From the IMG/VR virus record IMGVR_UViG_3300042908_001353: a stretch of 64,000 nt of DNA; one strand, written 5' to 3'. The translations under genes were made by a program, and so were the position numbers. Of the stretch, positions 47,869 through 57,621 are shown in pieces. The notes below the pieces were generated by a model that searched no databases, was not told the DNA's origin, and saw only the letters and a program-made list of their open reading frames with translations. The stretch comes from an uncultured virus (IMG/VR IMGVR_UViG_3300042908_001353) (lineage: Duplodnaviria; Heunggongvirae; Uroviricota; Caudoviricetes). The first letter of the stretch is position 1; the number at the start of each line of letters is the position of its first letter.

Positions 47869-49086
47869 TTATTCTTCGTAATCGGTTGTAACTTCCACAT
47901 TTGGGTCGTGTTCCGAATCAATTATTTCTTCATCATCTTCACCACTCATTTCACGCATAAATTTTTCAACGGCATCTTTTTCAACTTTCGATAAGTTATC
48001 TTTTGCTTTTGCTTTACTTTTTATTGCTTGGTCGTTTGAAAATGGTGCGGTTTTTTCTTTTTTAGTTTGTTGGTGATACCTTTCAAATGTTTCCAATGCT
48101 ACTTTATTATTTTGTGCTAATTGGTAAGCAGAAAAGGACATTGTAACTAAATGGCTACCAACGGCTAACATTAATCGTTGCGTTGGTGTTAAAGCCAATT
48201 CTTGTTCTAAAAGTACATCAATTAATGGGTCTTTTATTTCTTCTCTTGTTTCATCTGAAACCTTAAATATTTCTTCTACCTGTTCATTGTTGCCATCAAT
48301 ATAATCTTTAACGGTAATACCATTTTCCAATGGCATTTCCAAATCAATTTTACCTTCAAAAGCCATTTTTTGAATTTTATGGTCTTTGAAACTTGCCCAA
48401 CTTTTGAAAGGCATAGGGGTAAACTGACAATATAAATTCAATAATGCTTCTGCGGTTTTTTCTGCTGATTTTCTTTTTTGTGCAGGAGTTAAATCTTGTA
48501 AATTATCGCCACCAAGTTTATCACCACCTTCATCGTCATCGTCATAATCTTCTTCGTCATAATCTTCTTCGTCTTGCGGTAAAGCGGTGTTTGAATATGC
48601 AGGTTCGGGAATGTCGTCATCTTCGGGAATATCTTCGTCAATAGATTCGCCATCCGAAGGCATTTTCATATCTTCTTCGTCAAATAATGGTTCTTCTTTT
48701 TGGTCAGAAACAAATCCTTTGGTGTAAGACCTTTCAATTACAGGTTCTTCAAATGGATTGAAATTTATTGGATTTTCTCCACTATTACCTTTTCCTTTAT
48801 CTTCAATAATATCTTCTACTGCATCTTCAATATCATCGTCATACTCGTTGTAATTATCATCTTCGTAATCACTTATTTTATTTCCATCTATATCTTCACC
48901 TGTAAAATAAGAATAAAGTTCACTTAAATCTTCTTCGTTGTATGCTTTACCATATTCTTCGATATACTCTTTAATTTCATTTTCGGAAATTTGCCCATCG
49001 CTAATTAAATCAGTTAATCTGTCGCATATTTCTTTTTCTCCCGTAGTAGGTCTGCCTTTTCTTTCAAAAAACCAAAATTTACTCAT
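47869..49086 (-). CDS. Acidic protein adjacent to the ATPase
   Basis: 405 aa, D/E-rich, one hydrophobic helix. Confidence 0.75.
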   Translation of the reverse strand: MSKFWFFERKGRPTTGEKEICDRLTDLISDGQISENEIKEYIEEYGKAYNEEDLSELYSYFTGEDIDGNKISDYEDDNYNEYDDDIEDAVEDIIEDKGKGNSGENPINFNPFEEPVIERSYTKGFVSDQKEEPLFDEEDMKMPSDGESIDEDIPEDDDIPEPAYSNTALPQDEEDYDEEDYDDDDEGGDKLGGDNLQDLTPAQKRKSAEKTAEALLNLYCQFTPMPFKSWASFKDHKIQKMAFEGKIDLEMPLENGITVKDYIDGNNEQVEEIFKVSDETREEIKDPLIDVLLEQELALTPTQRLMLAVGSHLVTMSFSAYQLAQNNKVALETFERYHQQTKKEKTAPFSNDQAIKSKAKAKDNLSKVEKDAVEKFMREMSGEDDEEIIDSEHDPNVEVTTDYEE

Positions 49087-49114
49087 TTTCTTAAATTTTT
49101 TATTTTAATATATT

Positions 49115-49576
49115 CTATTGATTTTTATTCAAGTCGTATGCTTTTTTATACCTTAAAACTTGGGTTGTAAGAAATAAAAAGTTTTGGACAAATTTAGATT
49201 CTTGTTTAGTTGCTAAAACATCGTTATTTAACGGCATATCGGTTAATTCGTTATTTACACTTTGTCTTGACCTGCCACCAAAGTACATTCCTATTTCTTC
49301 ATCGGTGAATTGTAAATGTTCTTTGATTAATGCAAAACACATTCTTCTTGCTTCACTAACTAAACCACGCTTTTTTGAATTTACAATATCGTTTTTATCT
49401 ACTATGTAATGATTTGCCGTTATTGTAATAATATAATCTAAAACATCGCTTTCAAACCCTTCGCCACAATCTACTTGTATTCTCTTTAATTGTATCAATA
49501 CCTTTTTCAGTCCATACTTGTTAATAACACGCTGAACCTCACGAAAAAATTCTACAATTTCGGATTGGCTTGTCAT
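49115..49576 (-). CDS. DnaA C-terminal-like HTH DNA-binding protein
   Basis: SKKRGLVSEARRMCFAL...EEIGMYFGGRSRQSV. Confidence 0.7.
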   Translation of the reverse strand: MTSQSEIVEFFREVQRVINKYGLKKVLIQLKRIQVDCGEGFESDVLDYIITITANHYIVDKNDIVNSKKRGLVSEARRMCFALIKEHLQFTDEEIGMYFGGRSRQSVNNELTDMPLNNDVLATKQESKFVQNFLFLTTQVLRYKKAYDLNKNQ

Positions 49577-50121
49577 TTCACGATACGATATTCAGAAGAA
49601 AGAAATACTTTTCTTAATTTAATGCTGTGAACACTTTGTTCGGGATAATCGGGTTCTTTTTGAATAATTTTACTTAAATCAGTAATACTTATTTTACCGC
49701 CCCTTGAATTAACAATTCCTAAAATCTTTTTTTCCATCACCAAATTACCAAAACCACCTCTTACAACAGGTTTTCTTGGCTCGTTTTGTTCGACTTCACC
49801 ACCTACATTTTTATTTTCTTTTTTAGGTGTTTCGATAGATTTTTTATTCTCCTTTTTTACTTCAATTTTTTCTTCTGCTTCATCTTCGGAATCATCATCT
49901 TCATCATCCATACTATCAATATAATTTTGAATTTTTTCAGCCATTTCTAATGACAATCTTTTTAATCGAATTTGTTGATTTTCAGTTGGATTTTCTTCGT
50001 ATTTCTTTTTTTGAAGATTAAATCCTCTAATTTGTTGTTGTAAACTTGAAGGCAAATCTTTAACCGATAAATCTTCTTCCTTCAACAATTCTTCGTGAGT
50101 TAATTCTAAATTACTTTCCAT
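49573..50121 (-). CDS. Hypothetical protein
   Basis: 182 aa ORF, ATGA overlap. Confidence 0.75.
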   Translation of the reverse strand: MESNLELTHEELLKEEDLSVKDLPSSLQQQIRGFNLQKKKYEENPTENQQIRLKRLSLEMAEKIQNYIDSMDDEDDDSEDEAEEKIEVKKENKKSIETPKKENKNVGGEVEQNEPRKPVVRGGFGNLVMEKKILGIVNSRGGKISITDLSKIIQKEPDYPEQSVHSIKLRKVFLSSEYRIVK

Positions 50122-50269
50122 AACTTTTGTTTTTATATTTATTCCGTTTTTTATCTTGCTTATAGTAATTATTATTTGGTCTTGGCAAATAATTAATAAT
50201 GTAAATTAGTGCTATTGCTAAAAAAATAGCCATAATAAATACTAAAAAAATACAAATAATATGTTCCAT
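50111..50269 (-). CDS. Small membrane protein, 52 aa (not in ORF track)
   Basis: MEHIICIFLVLFMAIFLAIALIYII...; follows promoter motif. Confidence 0.5.
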   Translation of the reverse strand: MEHIICIFLVFIMAIFLAIALIYIINYLPRPNNNYYKQDKKRNKYKNKSYGK

Positions 50270-50285
50270 ATAGATATACTTGGAA

Positions 50286-50319
50286 CAAATATAAAGATTA
50301 AAAAGATATTATTTACAAA
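50286..50319 (-). promoter_or_regulatory. Bacteroidota-type promoter
   Basis: TATATTTG at 50286-50293 (-), TTTG at 50316-50319. Confidence 0.55.
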
Positions 50320-50333
50320 CGCCTGTAAATTTT

Positions 50334-50516
50334 TTATTCTTCTTCTTGGCGTTTTGAGTTTTGGATAGCAATAAGTTGTTCTTCAACGATTTTTTGTTGA
50401 ATTTTTCTTAATTTCTGTTGTTCGTGAAAATTCCAAATTGTATATGCTACATTGATAGCAAACAAAACGGTGAACATAGCATAAAGATTTCTTGATTGGT
50501 TTTCGGATATATTCAT
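50334..50516 (-). CDS. Small membrane protein
   Basis: 60 aa, one TM, TAATG overlap. Confidence 0.7.
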   Translation of the reverse strand: MNISENQSRNLYAMFTVLFAINVAYTIWNFHEQQKLRKIQQKIVEEQLIAIQNSKRQEEE

Positions 50517-53500
50517 TACTTGAATTTTTCGGGATTAGTATTTTTTACAAACATCGCCCTACGATACGTTTTATCTGTGTATTTATCGGGGTTATTAATT
50601 ACTTTTTTTGCAAAACTAATGGTGTCCATACCTTCACGCTTTGCTTGATTTGTAAAAGCACCTTCCGTACCTTTTTCTTTCATTTCTTTTACCGCTTCTT
50701 GAATCCAAAGTTCTCCGCCTTTTTTCATTAATTCAATTTCTTCGTGTTCAAGTAAAATAGGTATGGAAATGGCTCTTGAAGATTTCATTGGGTCAAAATC
50801 AATGGCATCATCAAAAACGTGCTTACAATCGTCAGCAGTAATTAATTGATTTATGTAGGTTGTGGTTGTTATTGTTGGTTCTGTTTCAAATAGTAAAACA
50901 AGGTTATTGTCAGTTGTAAAATATCCTGCTAATTTTTGAAATTTATCCGCTTTTTCTACAATTAATCTAATACATTCATCAGCATTTAACATACCCCCAC
51001 CACTCATACTCGGAACATCAATTTTTGTATCAATAATTTCCGTTGAACTTGCTTCTTTTTCTATTTCGGCTTGTCTTAATTTTTCTTGTTCTATCGCTTG
51101 TGCCTGTGCTTGTGCCTGTGCTTGTGCTTGTGCTTGTTGTTGTTTTTGGGCAAGTTCGGTAGCCATTAAAATTAATCCTACGTTGGCTTTTAAATCACCT
51201 AAATTATTTCTAACAAATTCTTTCGCTTCTTCTCTTGAATCAAAAGTTTTTGTTTGTCCATCGTGTTTAATTAAAACTCCATTCGCATCCGAAATGATAT
51301 ATTTTTTTGCAGGGGTAACAATGATTTTGTAACTATCTATTTCCCTTTTTTCTTGTTCTTGTTGTAATTGTTCTGCTTTTAATTTTTCTTCTTGTTCTTG
51401 TAATTTTTGCTGTTCTTGTTGTAATTGTTCTGCTTTTAATTTTTCTTGTTCTTGTTGTAATTTTTCTTGCTCTTTTTCATACCTATCCATCCTCTCGTAT
51501 GAATTATTTATAACTTCTATTTTATATCCTGCACCACGAAGCATACTTACGATAAAAGCATTTATATCGCTACTACCAATTCCTTCTCCTGTACCTGCAT
51601 AACTTTCTTCAACACTTTCGGATTCGTATTTTGCTTCGTTCAATAAATTTTCATCAATTTCATCAACTGAAATAAAATCCTTGTAAACGGCTCTTGTTAG
51701 TAAATCATAAGGAGTAATTGCATAATTTTCATATCGGTCTAAATATTTAATTGCTTCATCAATTCCTAAAATCGAAGCAATTTTCATTTTAACGGATAAA
51801 TCAATAAATTCATAACGCTTACGAATTTCATTAAATCGGTCATCGGCACTACCACCATTATCAAATTTAGCACCACCTTCTCCATCGCCAAAATCGGCTT
51901 CTTGCCATTGTTGTTTCAGCCACGATGCCCCTTTTTTCAAACCTTTTTGTGTTTTATATTTTGCTACATTGACTGCTGATGGGTTTAACGCTACTTTTGA
52001 AGCACTATCTAAATCTTTTAAGGAAATATATTCACTTTTATTTAGAACATTCAAATTTTTACGGCTTTCTAACGCATCTAACGTATAAACATTGAATTTT
52101 AATCCACGATACCCACGAACTAATTCACTTTTTGTTTTTATTGCTTCATCTTTTGTATTGAAACCCGAAACGATTTTATTATTTGTTTCTTCGACAATAT
52201 AAAATGGCATTTTTGCGGATTTGGTTTTTATTACTTTACCACCATTTCCGTAATTAGAAAACATATACAATTTTCGATTGGATTCAATAACGGTGTTATC
52301 ACTCGCCATTTCTTCGCCTATTTTTTCATAATCAACAGAAATCCAATTTATATCGGAAAAATCTTCATAACCCAATTCTTCTAAATAACCAACTAAATCG
52401 CTACCTAATCTTTCTGTAATTTCGTCATAAATTATTTCATTGGCTTCATTCCTTGCTTGGTCAAAATAATCATCTTCCAAAGAATTTAATTTATCTTCAA
52501 TTTCTTCAATTCTTTCCTGCATTTCACCAATTTGTTCCAATAATTCATCTTCATCATCATCGGAAGCATCAATTAAAGATTGTAAATCGTCTATTGAATC
52601 GTTTAATTCGTCTATTGTATTTAATAAATCCTGTTTTTCTTTTTCGTAATCAGATTTAGTGTTTTCGGCTATTTCTAATAATTCTTCAAAATCCATATCT
52701 CCTACACGACTATCGGATTCATCACTTGCAATAAGTCGTTTATCTGTGTCAGTTATGTAAATATCATAACCCGAAACTGAATAAGAACCATCTTTAACTA
52801 ATTCGTACCCGTAATCTTCATAACTATCGTAAGTACCTAAAAATGAACTATCCATACTTTGTAAAGCATCCGCATAGTCATTTAATCCCATATCGGTTTT
52901 ATATTCTTCTACGACATCAACAGGGAAGTCAAATGATTCAAATTCCTTATATCCTTGAATTATATTATCAAATTCGGATTCGCCCATATATTCGTAATAT
53001 TCGGAATTACCAAAACCTTCAAAATCGGCAACACGATATTCTTCTCTATCTTGTCCATCAATTTCATTTAATTCTTTCATAAAATTTTCGATGGCTTCCA
53101 TAAATTCTTCACCGCTATCGTAATCCGATAAATCAAACCATTGTCCTTCTCCGTAACCTAAAATTTCAATGTATGCTTTTGGTGTTTCATCAACTGAACC
53201 GCCACGAATGAATTTTTCGCCTTTTTCGATTCTGTATTCTTCAATTACTTGAATTAAAAATTCATCACCGCTTGGCATTGTGAATTTATTAAAATCATCA
53301 ACAAATTTTTGTGCTATTTTTCCGTTTATTGTGCTGTTTTCTTCAACAAAATAAAATCTAAAAACATCGCTATCTTGTTCGCTATCAAAAATTAATTGGC
53401 TACCATCGGTAAATGAAATAGAAATAGTTGCTAAACCACCTATAAATTCATAATAATATCGGTAAAATAAATCATCTTTATCTTCGCCACTCAAAATAAG

Positions 53501-53995
53501 TGCTTCACCATAGTTTCCACGAATATCACCGCCTAAATGTGGGTGAATAACATAAAAATATTTTTCAGCATTTTCATCGTAATATACACGCCAATTCAAA
53601 TCAATTAAACCCAAATAGGAAAAATTGTAGGTGTTATCGGAATTTATTAATTCCAATTCACGTTCTTCAATTATTTCATCGGTTTCGGGGTCTTGAATAA
53701 TTTCAACCATATCCCAATCATTAATACGATATTGAGAATTTTCGGCTAACGAAATTTGTGTAAAATCACTTTGATTTTTGTAATAATTCATTAGTTTCGT
53801 TTCATTCAATTCCCTATTTCCAATAAGGTCATAACTAAAACCTGTTTCAGTAAATGAATAAGTAAATTCAGCAGAAGAAATTGTAGGCAGATAATTTTTG
53901 GTAATATATTCTTCTAATTGTAACCTTGTCATATTTGTTACATTTCCCCCTTTTGCCATTCTAAAAACAGGCGTTCCTTTTGAGTGCATAGTCAT
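50516..53995 (-). CDS. GG-linker polyprotein C containing an ArdA-like antirestriction module
   Basis: Linkers MAKGG, FIRGG, YGNGG, FDNGG, MSGGG, MKKGG; ATG 53995 preferred. Confidence 0.85.
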   Translation of the reverse strand: MTMHSKGTPVFRMAKGGNVTNMTRLQLEEYITKNYLPTISSAEFTYSFTETGFSYDLIGNRELNETKLMNYYKNQSDFTQISLAENSQYRINDWDMVEIIQDPETDEIIEERELELINSDNTYNFSYLGLIDLNWRVYYDENAEKYFYVIHPHLGGDIRGNYGEALILSGEDKDDLFYRYYYEFIGGLATISISFTDGSQLIFDSEQDSDVFRFYFVEENSTINGKIAQKFVDDFNKFTMPSGDEFLIQVIEEYRIEKGEKFIRGGSVDETPKAYIEILGYGEGQWFDLSDYDSGEEFMEAIENFMKELNEIDGQDREEYRVADFEGFGNSEYYEYMGESEFDNIIQGYKEFESFDFPVDVVEEYKTDMGLNDYADALQSMDSSFLGTYDSYEDYGYELVKDGSYSVSGYDIYITDTDKRLIASDESDSRVGDMDFEELLEIAENTKSDYEKEKQDLLNTIDELNDSIDDLQSLIDASDDDEDELLEQIGEMQERIEEIEDKLNSLEDDYFDQARNEANEIIYDEITERLGSDLVGYLEELGYEDFSDINWISVDYEKIGEEMASDNTVIESNRKLYMFSNYGNGGKVIKTKSAKMPFYIVEETNNKIVSGFNTKDEAIKTKSELVRGYRGLKFNVYTLDALESRKNLNVLNKSEYISLKDLDSASKVALNPSAVNVAKYKTQKGLKKGASWLKQQWQEADFGDGEGGAKFDNGGSADDRFNEIRKRYEFIDLSVKMKIASILGIDEAIKYLDRYENYAITPYDLLTRAVYKDFISVDEIDENLLNEAKYESESVEESYAGTGEGIGSSDINAFIVSMLRGAGYKIEVINNSYERMDRYEKEQEKLQQEQEKLKAEQLQQEQQKLQEQEEKLKAEQLQQEQEKREIDSYKIIVTPAKKYIISDANGVLIKHDGQTKTFDSREEAKEFVRNNLGDLKANVGLILMATELAQKQQQAQAQAQAQAQAQAIEQEKLRQAEIEKEASSTEIIDTKIDVPSMSGGGMLNADECIRLIVEKADKFQKLAGYFTTDNNLVLLFETEPTITTTTYINQLITADDCKHVFDDAIDFDPMKSSRAISIPILLEHEEIELMKKGGELWIQEAVKEMKEKGTEGAFTNQAKREGMDTISFAKKVINNPDKYTDKTYRRAMFVKNTNPEKFK

Positions 53996-53999
53996 ATTA

Positions 54000-56900
54000 T
54001 TAATTTGTTCGGTAAGCAACTACGTTATTATCTAAATATATTGTTTCACCATCGTATCTTGCCAAAAAATGTGCAATTCCATCCATATTAACGGCATCTT
54101 CTGATGCGTTATCAAAATCAATTAAATTATTATCAATCACTATTTTGAAAAATTCATCTTCCCCAAAGTTATCAATAAAATATTCAACACCATTATCATC
54201 ACCTATTTGTTCTGATGTAAGCAAATTTATGTAATCTTGACTATAATCATCGGATAATTCCGTTGGGTCTGTTGTTAATGCTTCATTTTCACTAATTAAA
54301 CCATTCTCAACTAATTCCGCAATTAATCTATTTGCGTATTTATCATCATAGGTTTCATCTTCAATGTCTTTTACATAATCATAGTTAGCGTTTTCAATAT
54401 CAAGAACTAAAAAATCTCCTACATCTACAAAATCCATTAAAAAATCACGATTAAACATTTCGGGTTGGTATTCTATATCTTCACGAACTTCTTCAACTGC
54501 CATTTCTTCGGCTACATCTTCATTTTTGAAAACACGATATTCGTTTCCATCATCGTCTTGGCAGGTAAATTCATTATTTTTTACAAAACTAATTTGCAGG
54601 TTATCATTATCTTCTTCGGCTTGTAATTGGTATAAAGCACTTTGCATCCAATCTTCTATTTCTCCACCACCTGCATAATTATCTGAACTTTTCTTTTTAG
54701 GTGTTTTACCCCCACGACCAAAGGTTTCTCCACTAAAATTATATCCCTTGTTTTTTGCGTTTTTTCTTAATTTTTGATAAAAATTTTGTTTGTATGAAGT
54801 AGTATCACCATAACTCGGAAAGGACATACCTGTAATGTTTTTTGCAATAAAATCTAAATATTCTTCTCTTTCATTGGTTTCAAACATTTGCAAATTTTTT
54901 ATTTGTATGTAATCACTTATTTGTTCTTCTGTCAAATCAAATCCATAATCTAACATTTCTTTTTTTATTTCAGAAATAAGTTGATTTTTAGTCATTCCCC
55001 CACGTCTATATAAAATTCCTTCTTCATTTTCAATATCGAAATCTTCGGCACGATTACCCATTTTATAGTCCAAATGGTGATATATGTCGTCTATACTTGC
55101 TGATGAAATTGCTAATTTATCTTCTTGCCAAGACATTAATCTTGAACCGCCTTGAATCATTTCAATTAAATCTTTTGAATATTTAGCAATATGCAATAAT
55201 TGCTTTTTTGGAATTTCGCCACCATTTTTATATTTTTCCCAACCTTCTAACGAATGTTTTACATCGGCAATACTTTGTTCGATACGAGTTAATTTCATTT
55301 TAACCCATTCTTCCAAATTCGTATCTTCATCAATCATTTTATCAATCTTAATGGCATATTCATATATTTCACCAAGATTAATTAAAGCCATTTTTTTATC
55401 ATAATCATAAATATCGAAATTGGCTTCTCCACCACTTTTAAAATTACCTTTTTCATAATCTTCATATCCCTGTAATTCATTTACTTCTACACCAATAGGT
55501 CGTAAAGCAAAAGGTTCTGCATCTAAACCAAATTCAAAGGTATATCCAACTTCTGCTAATTCGTTTTGTAAATCATTTAGCGTATTGTAATCACTTTCTT
55601 CCAATTCATAGTCATTCAAAATGGCTTTAACATTTGCAGGAATATTTTCGTAATCTTCAAATAAATCTACATACGCAAATCCACCATTTTCCATTTTATC
55701 ATCTTCCTCATCTTCATAACCTTGTAATTCGTTTAAATTAACACCAATAGGTCTTAAACCATAAGGTATATTATCTAAATAACTTTCAAATGTATATCCA
55801 ACTCCCTGTATTTCTTTGTGCATCTCAGCCATATCGGAATAATCCATTTCGCCTAAATCATCTCCAAACTTTTGAGCATATTTATCTAAAATAACTTGAA
55901 CTTTTTGTGGAATATTTTCGTAATCTACAAATAAATCCACATACGCAAATCCACCATTTGCATATTTAGGTTCATTTCCCAAAAATACTAATTCCGATAT
56001 ATCAAATTTAGCATATTCATTTCCTGTTTTATGTTTTATTTTGACTTCGTATGTTTTATTATTGGGCATTATTTTTACTATTTGTCCTTTACTATTAGTG
56101 TAATGACTTGGATAGTTTGGCATTATTTTGACCATATCTCCAACTTGAAAAATAACATTCCCACCATTATCGTATTTATTTTTCATATATTTTTGTTTGT
56201 AATCATCAACCGTTAAAACTTCAACAAGGTGTATATCGGAATTATCGTATTCATCAAGCCACATTTCTTTAACATACTTAATTGCATCTTTTTCATTATC
56301 AAAACTTGATAAATAACGGAATTTTAATAAGTTACCACCATCTTTTTCTAATTCTTTCGCCAATACAACAACTTCGATTTCATTATCTACGCTACCACCA
56401 TTTGCATAACCTAAAATGTCGTCAAGCGAATAACCTGTATCATCACCAAATTGGGTATTGTAATCTTGATTTTGTAAATCCTTTACAATTTCATTTGCCA
56501 TTCGTTCCATATATTTTGAACCCTCTTGACTTTGGCTTAAAATTAAACGTGCAACTCTAAAAAATTCATTAATTTCTAATGCACAAAAACGGGCAAATAA
56601 ATAGTGTTGTATATGTCGGTTTCCTTCTTCAAAAACCATAGCAGGATATGAACTTGAAAATAATTCCCAAACAGGAACACCTAATCGTAAATCCATAGTT
56701 TCATTTTCTAATGAATCTACGCTATCAATAATCATTTGTGAAGATTTCGGGTCATCGGGTAAACCTTGCGTACCAAAAACGTCCATAATGGCTTTTACTA
56801 ATTCGTGAACTACAACAGGAAAATTAATTCCACGCACTTTTAAGGTCGGTGGGTCTGTTTCATCTTCAATTTCTTCTTTACCTGCCATATTTGATGGTTG

Positions 56901-57611
56901 AGATGCCATTTGTTTGATAGTTTCATCGGGAAATAACCAATAAATAATATCGTTTGCTGACATCATTTTACCATATTCGTTAGTCATTTGTGGATTAATT
57001 TCATTTAATTCACCTGCTACTAACTGAAACATATAGTGTCCTTTTTTTGAAGCACCTTGAATAAGCATATTAATAAATCTACGCTTATGTTTTTCCATTT
57101 CAAATAATTCGGATGCGGTCATATTTTCTACTTCCGCTTGTTCTCCAAATTGGCTTTGAACTTCTTGTTGATTTTGTTCTTTTCCTTCCAAAATAAAACC
57201 TTCACCCGATATACTTCCCACAGGAACTATTTTAGCATCGTATAAAAATGCATCTTCGGGTATTTCCATTTCATTTACAACAACATCAACTGCTAATTTT
57301 TCAAGTTTTGGTATGTGTGGTTGTTCGGCATTTGTGATAGTGCGAACTGCACCCATTAAAACGCTTGATACTTCACCAATACTTGCAGGATTAATTTGTG
57401 GATTATATCGTTTCACTAAACTAACCACATCGTTAAATCTTTTGTATGCAATTAATTCCAAAAAGTTTATTTGATTACCACTTGCATCAGTTTTAGGAAA
57501 TGCAGGGTTTTTTGCTAAATCTAAACTATTTGATTTTATTTGATTTTCTAATTCGGGATTCATTCGTACCCCACTATTCAAATAAATGTTTTTTTGTTCT
57601 TCTAAATTCAT
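54000..57611 (-). CDS. GG-linker polyprotein D
   Basis: Linkers YANGG x2, YDNGG, MENGG, FKSGG, YKNGG, YRRGG, FGRGG, YAGGG. Confidence 0.85.
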   Translation of the reverse strand: MNLEEQKNIYLNSGVRMNPELENQIKSNSLDLAKNPAFPKTDASGNQINFLELIAYKRFNDVVSLVKRYNPQINPASIGEVSSVLMGAVRTITNAEQPHIPKLEKLAVDVVVNEMEIPEDAFLYDAKIVPVGSISGEGFILEGKEQNQQEVQSQFGEQAEVENMTASELFEMEKHKRRFINMLIQGASKKGHYMFQLVAGELNEINPQMTNEYGKMMSANDIIYWLFPDETIKQMASQPSNMAGKEEIEDETDPPTLKVRGINFPVVVHELVKAIMDVFGTQGLPDDPKSSQMIIDSVDSLENETMDLRLGVPVWELFSSSYPAMVFEEGNRHIQHYLFARFCALEINEFFRVARLILSQSQEGSKYMERMANEIVKDLQNQDYNTQFGDDTGYSLDDILGYANGGSVDNEIEVVVLAKELEKDGGNLLKFRYLSSFDNEKDAIKYVKEMWLDEYDNSDIHLVEVLTVDDYKQKYMKNKYDNGGNVIFQVGDMVKIMPNYPSHYTNSKGQIVKIMPNNKTYEVKIKHKTGNEYAKFDISELVFLGNEPKYANGGFAYVDLFVDYENIPQKVQVILDKYAQKFGDDLGEMDYSDMAEMHKEIQGVGYTFESYLDNIPYGLRPIGVNLNELQGYEDEEDDKMENGGFAYVDLFEDYENIPANVKAILNDYELEESDYNTLNDLQNELAEVGYTFEFGLDAEPFALRPIGVEVNELQGYEDYEKGNFKSGGEANFDIYDYDKKMALINLGEIYEYAIKIDKMIDEDTNLEEWVKMKLTRIEQSIADVKHSLEGWEKYKNGGEIPKKQLLHIAKYSKDLIEMIQGGSRLMSWQEDKLAISSASIDDIYHHLDYKMGNRAEDFDIENEEGILYRRGGMTKNQLISEIKKEMLDYGFDLTEEQISDYIQIKNLQMFETNEREEYLDFIAKNITGMSFPSYGDTTSYKQNFYQKLRKNAKNKGYNFSGETFGRGGKTPKKKSSDNYAGGGEIEDWMQSALYQLQAEEDNDNLQISFVKNNEFTCQDDDGNEYRVFKNEDVAEEMAVEEVREDIEYQPEMFNRDFLMDFVDVGDFLVLDIENANYDYVKDIEDETYDDKYANRLIAELVENGLISENEALTTDPTELSDDYSQDYINLLTSEQIGDDNGVEYFIDNFGEDEFFKIVIDNNLIDFDNASEDAVNMDGIAHFLARYDGETIYLDNNVVAYRTN

Positions 57612-57621
57612 ACAATAGGTT

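Noticed and set aside
51095..51480. QA and QQEQEKLKAEQL repeats as a functional DNA repeat
   Set aside because: In-frame low-complexity coiled-coil coding sequence
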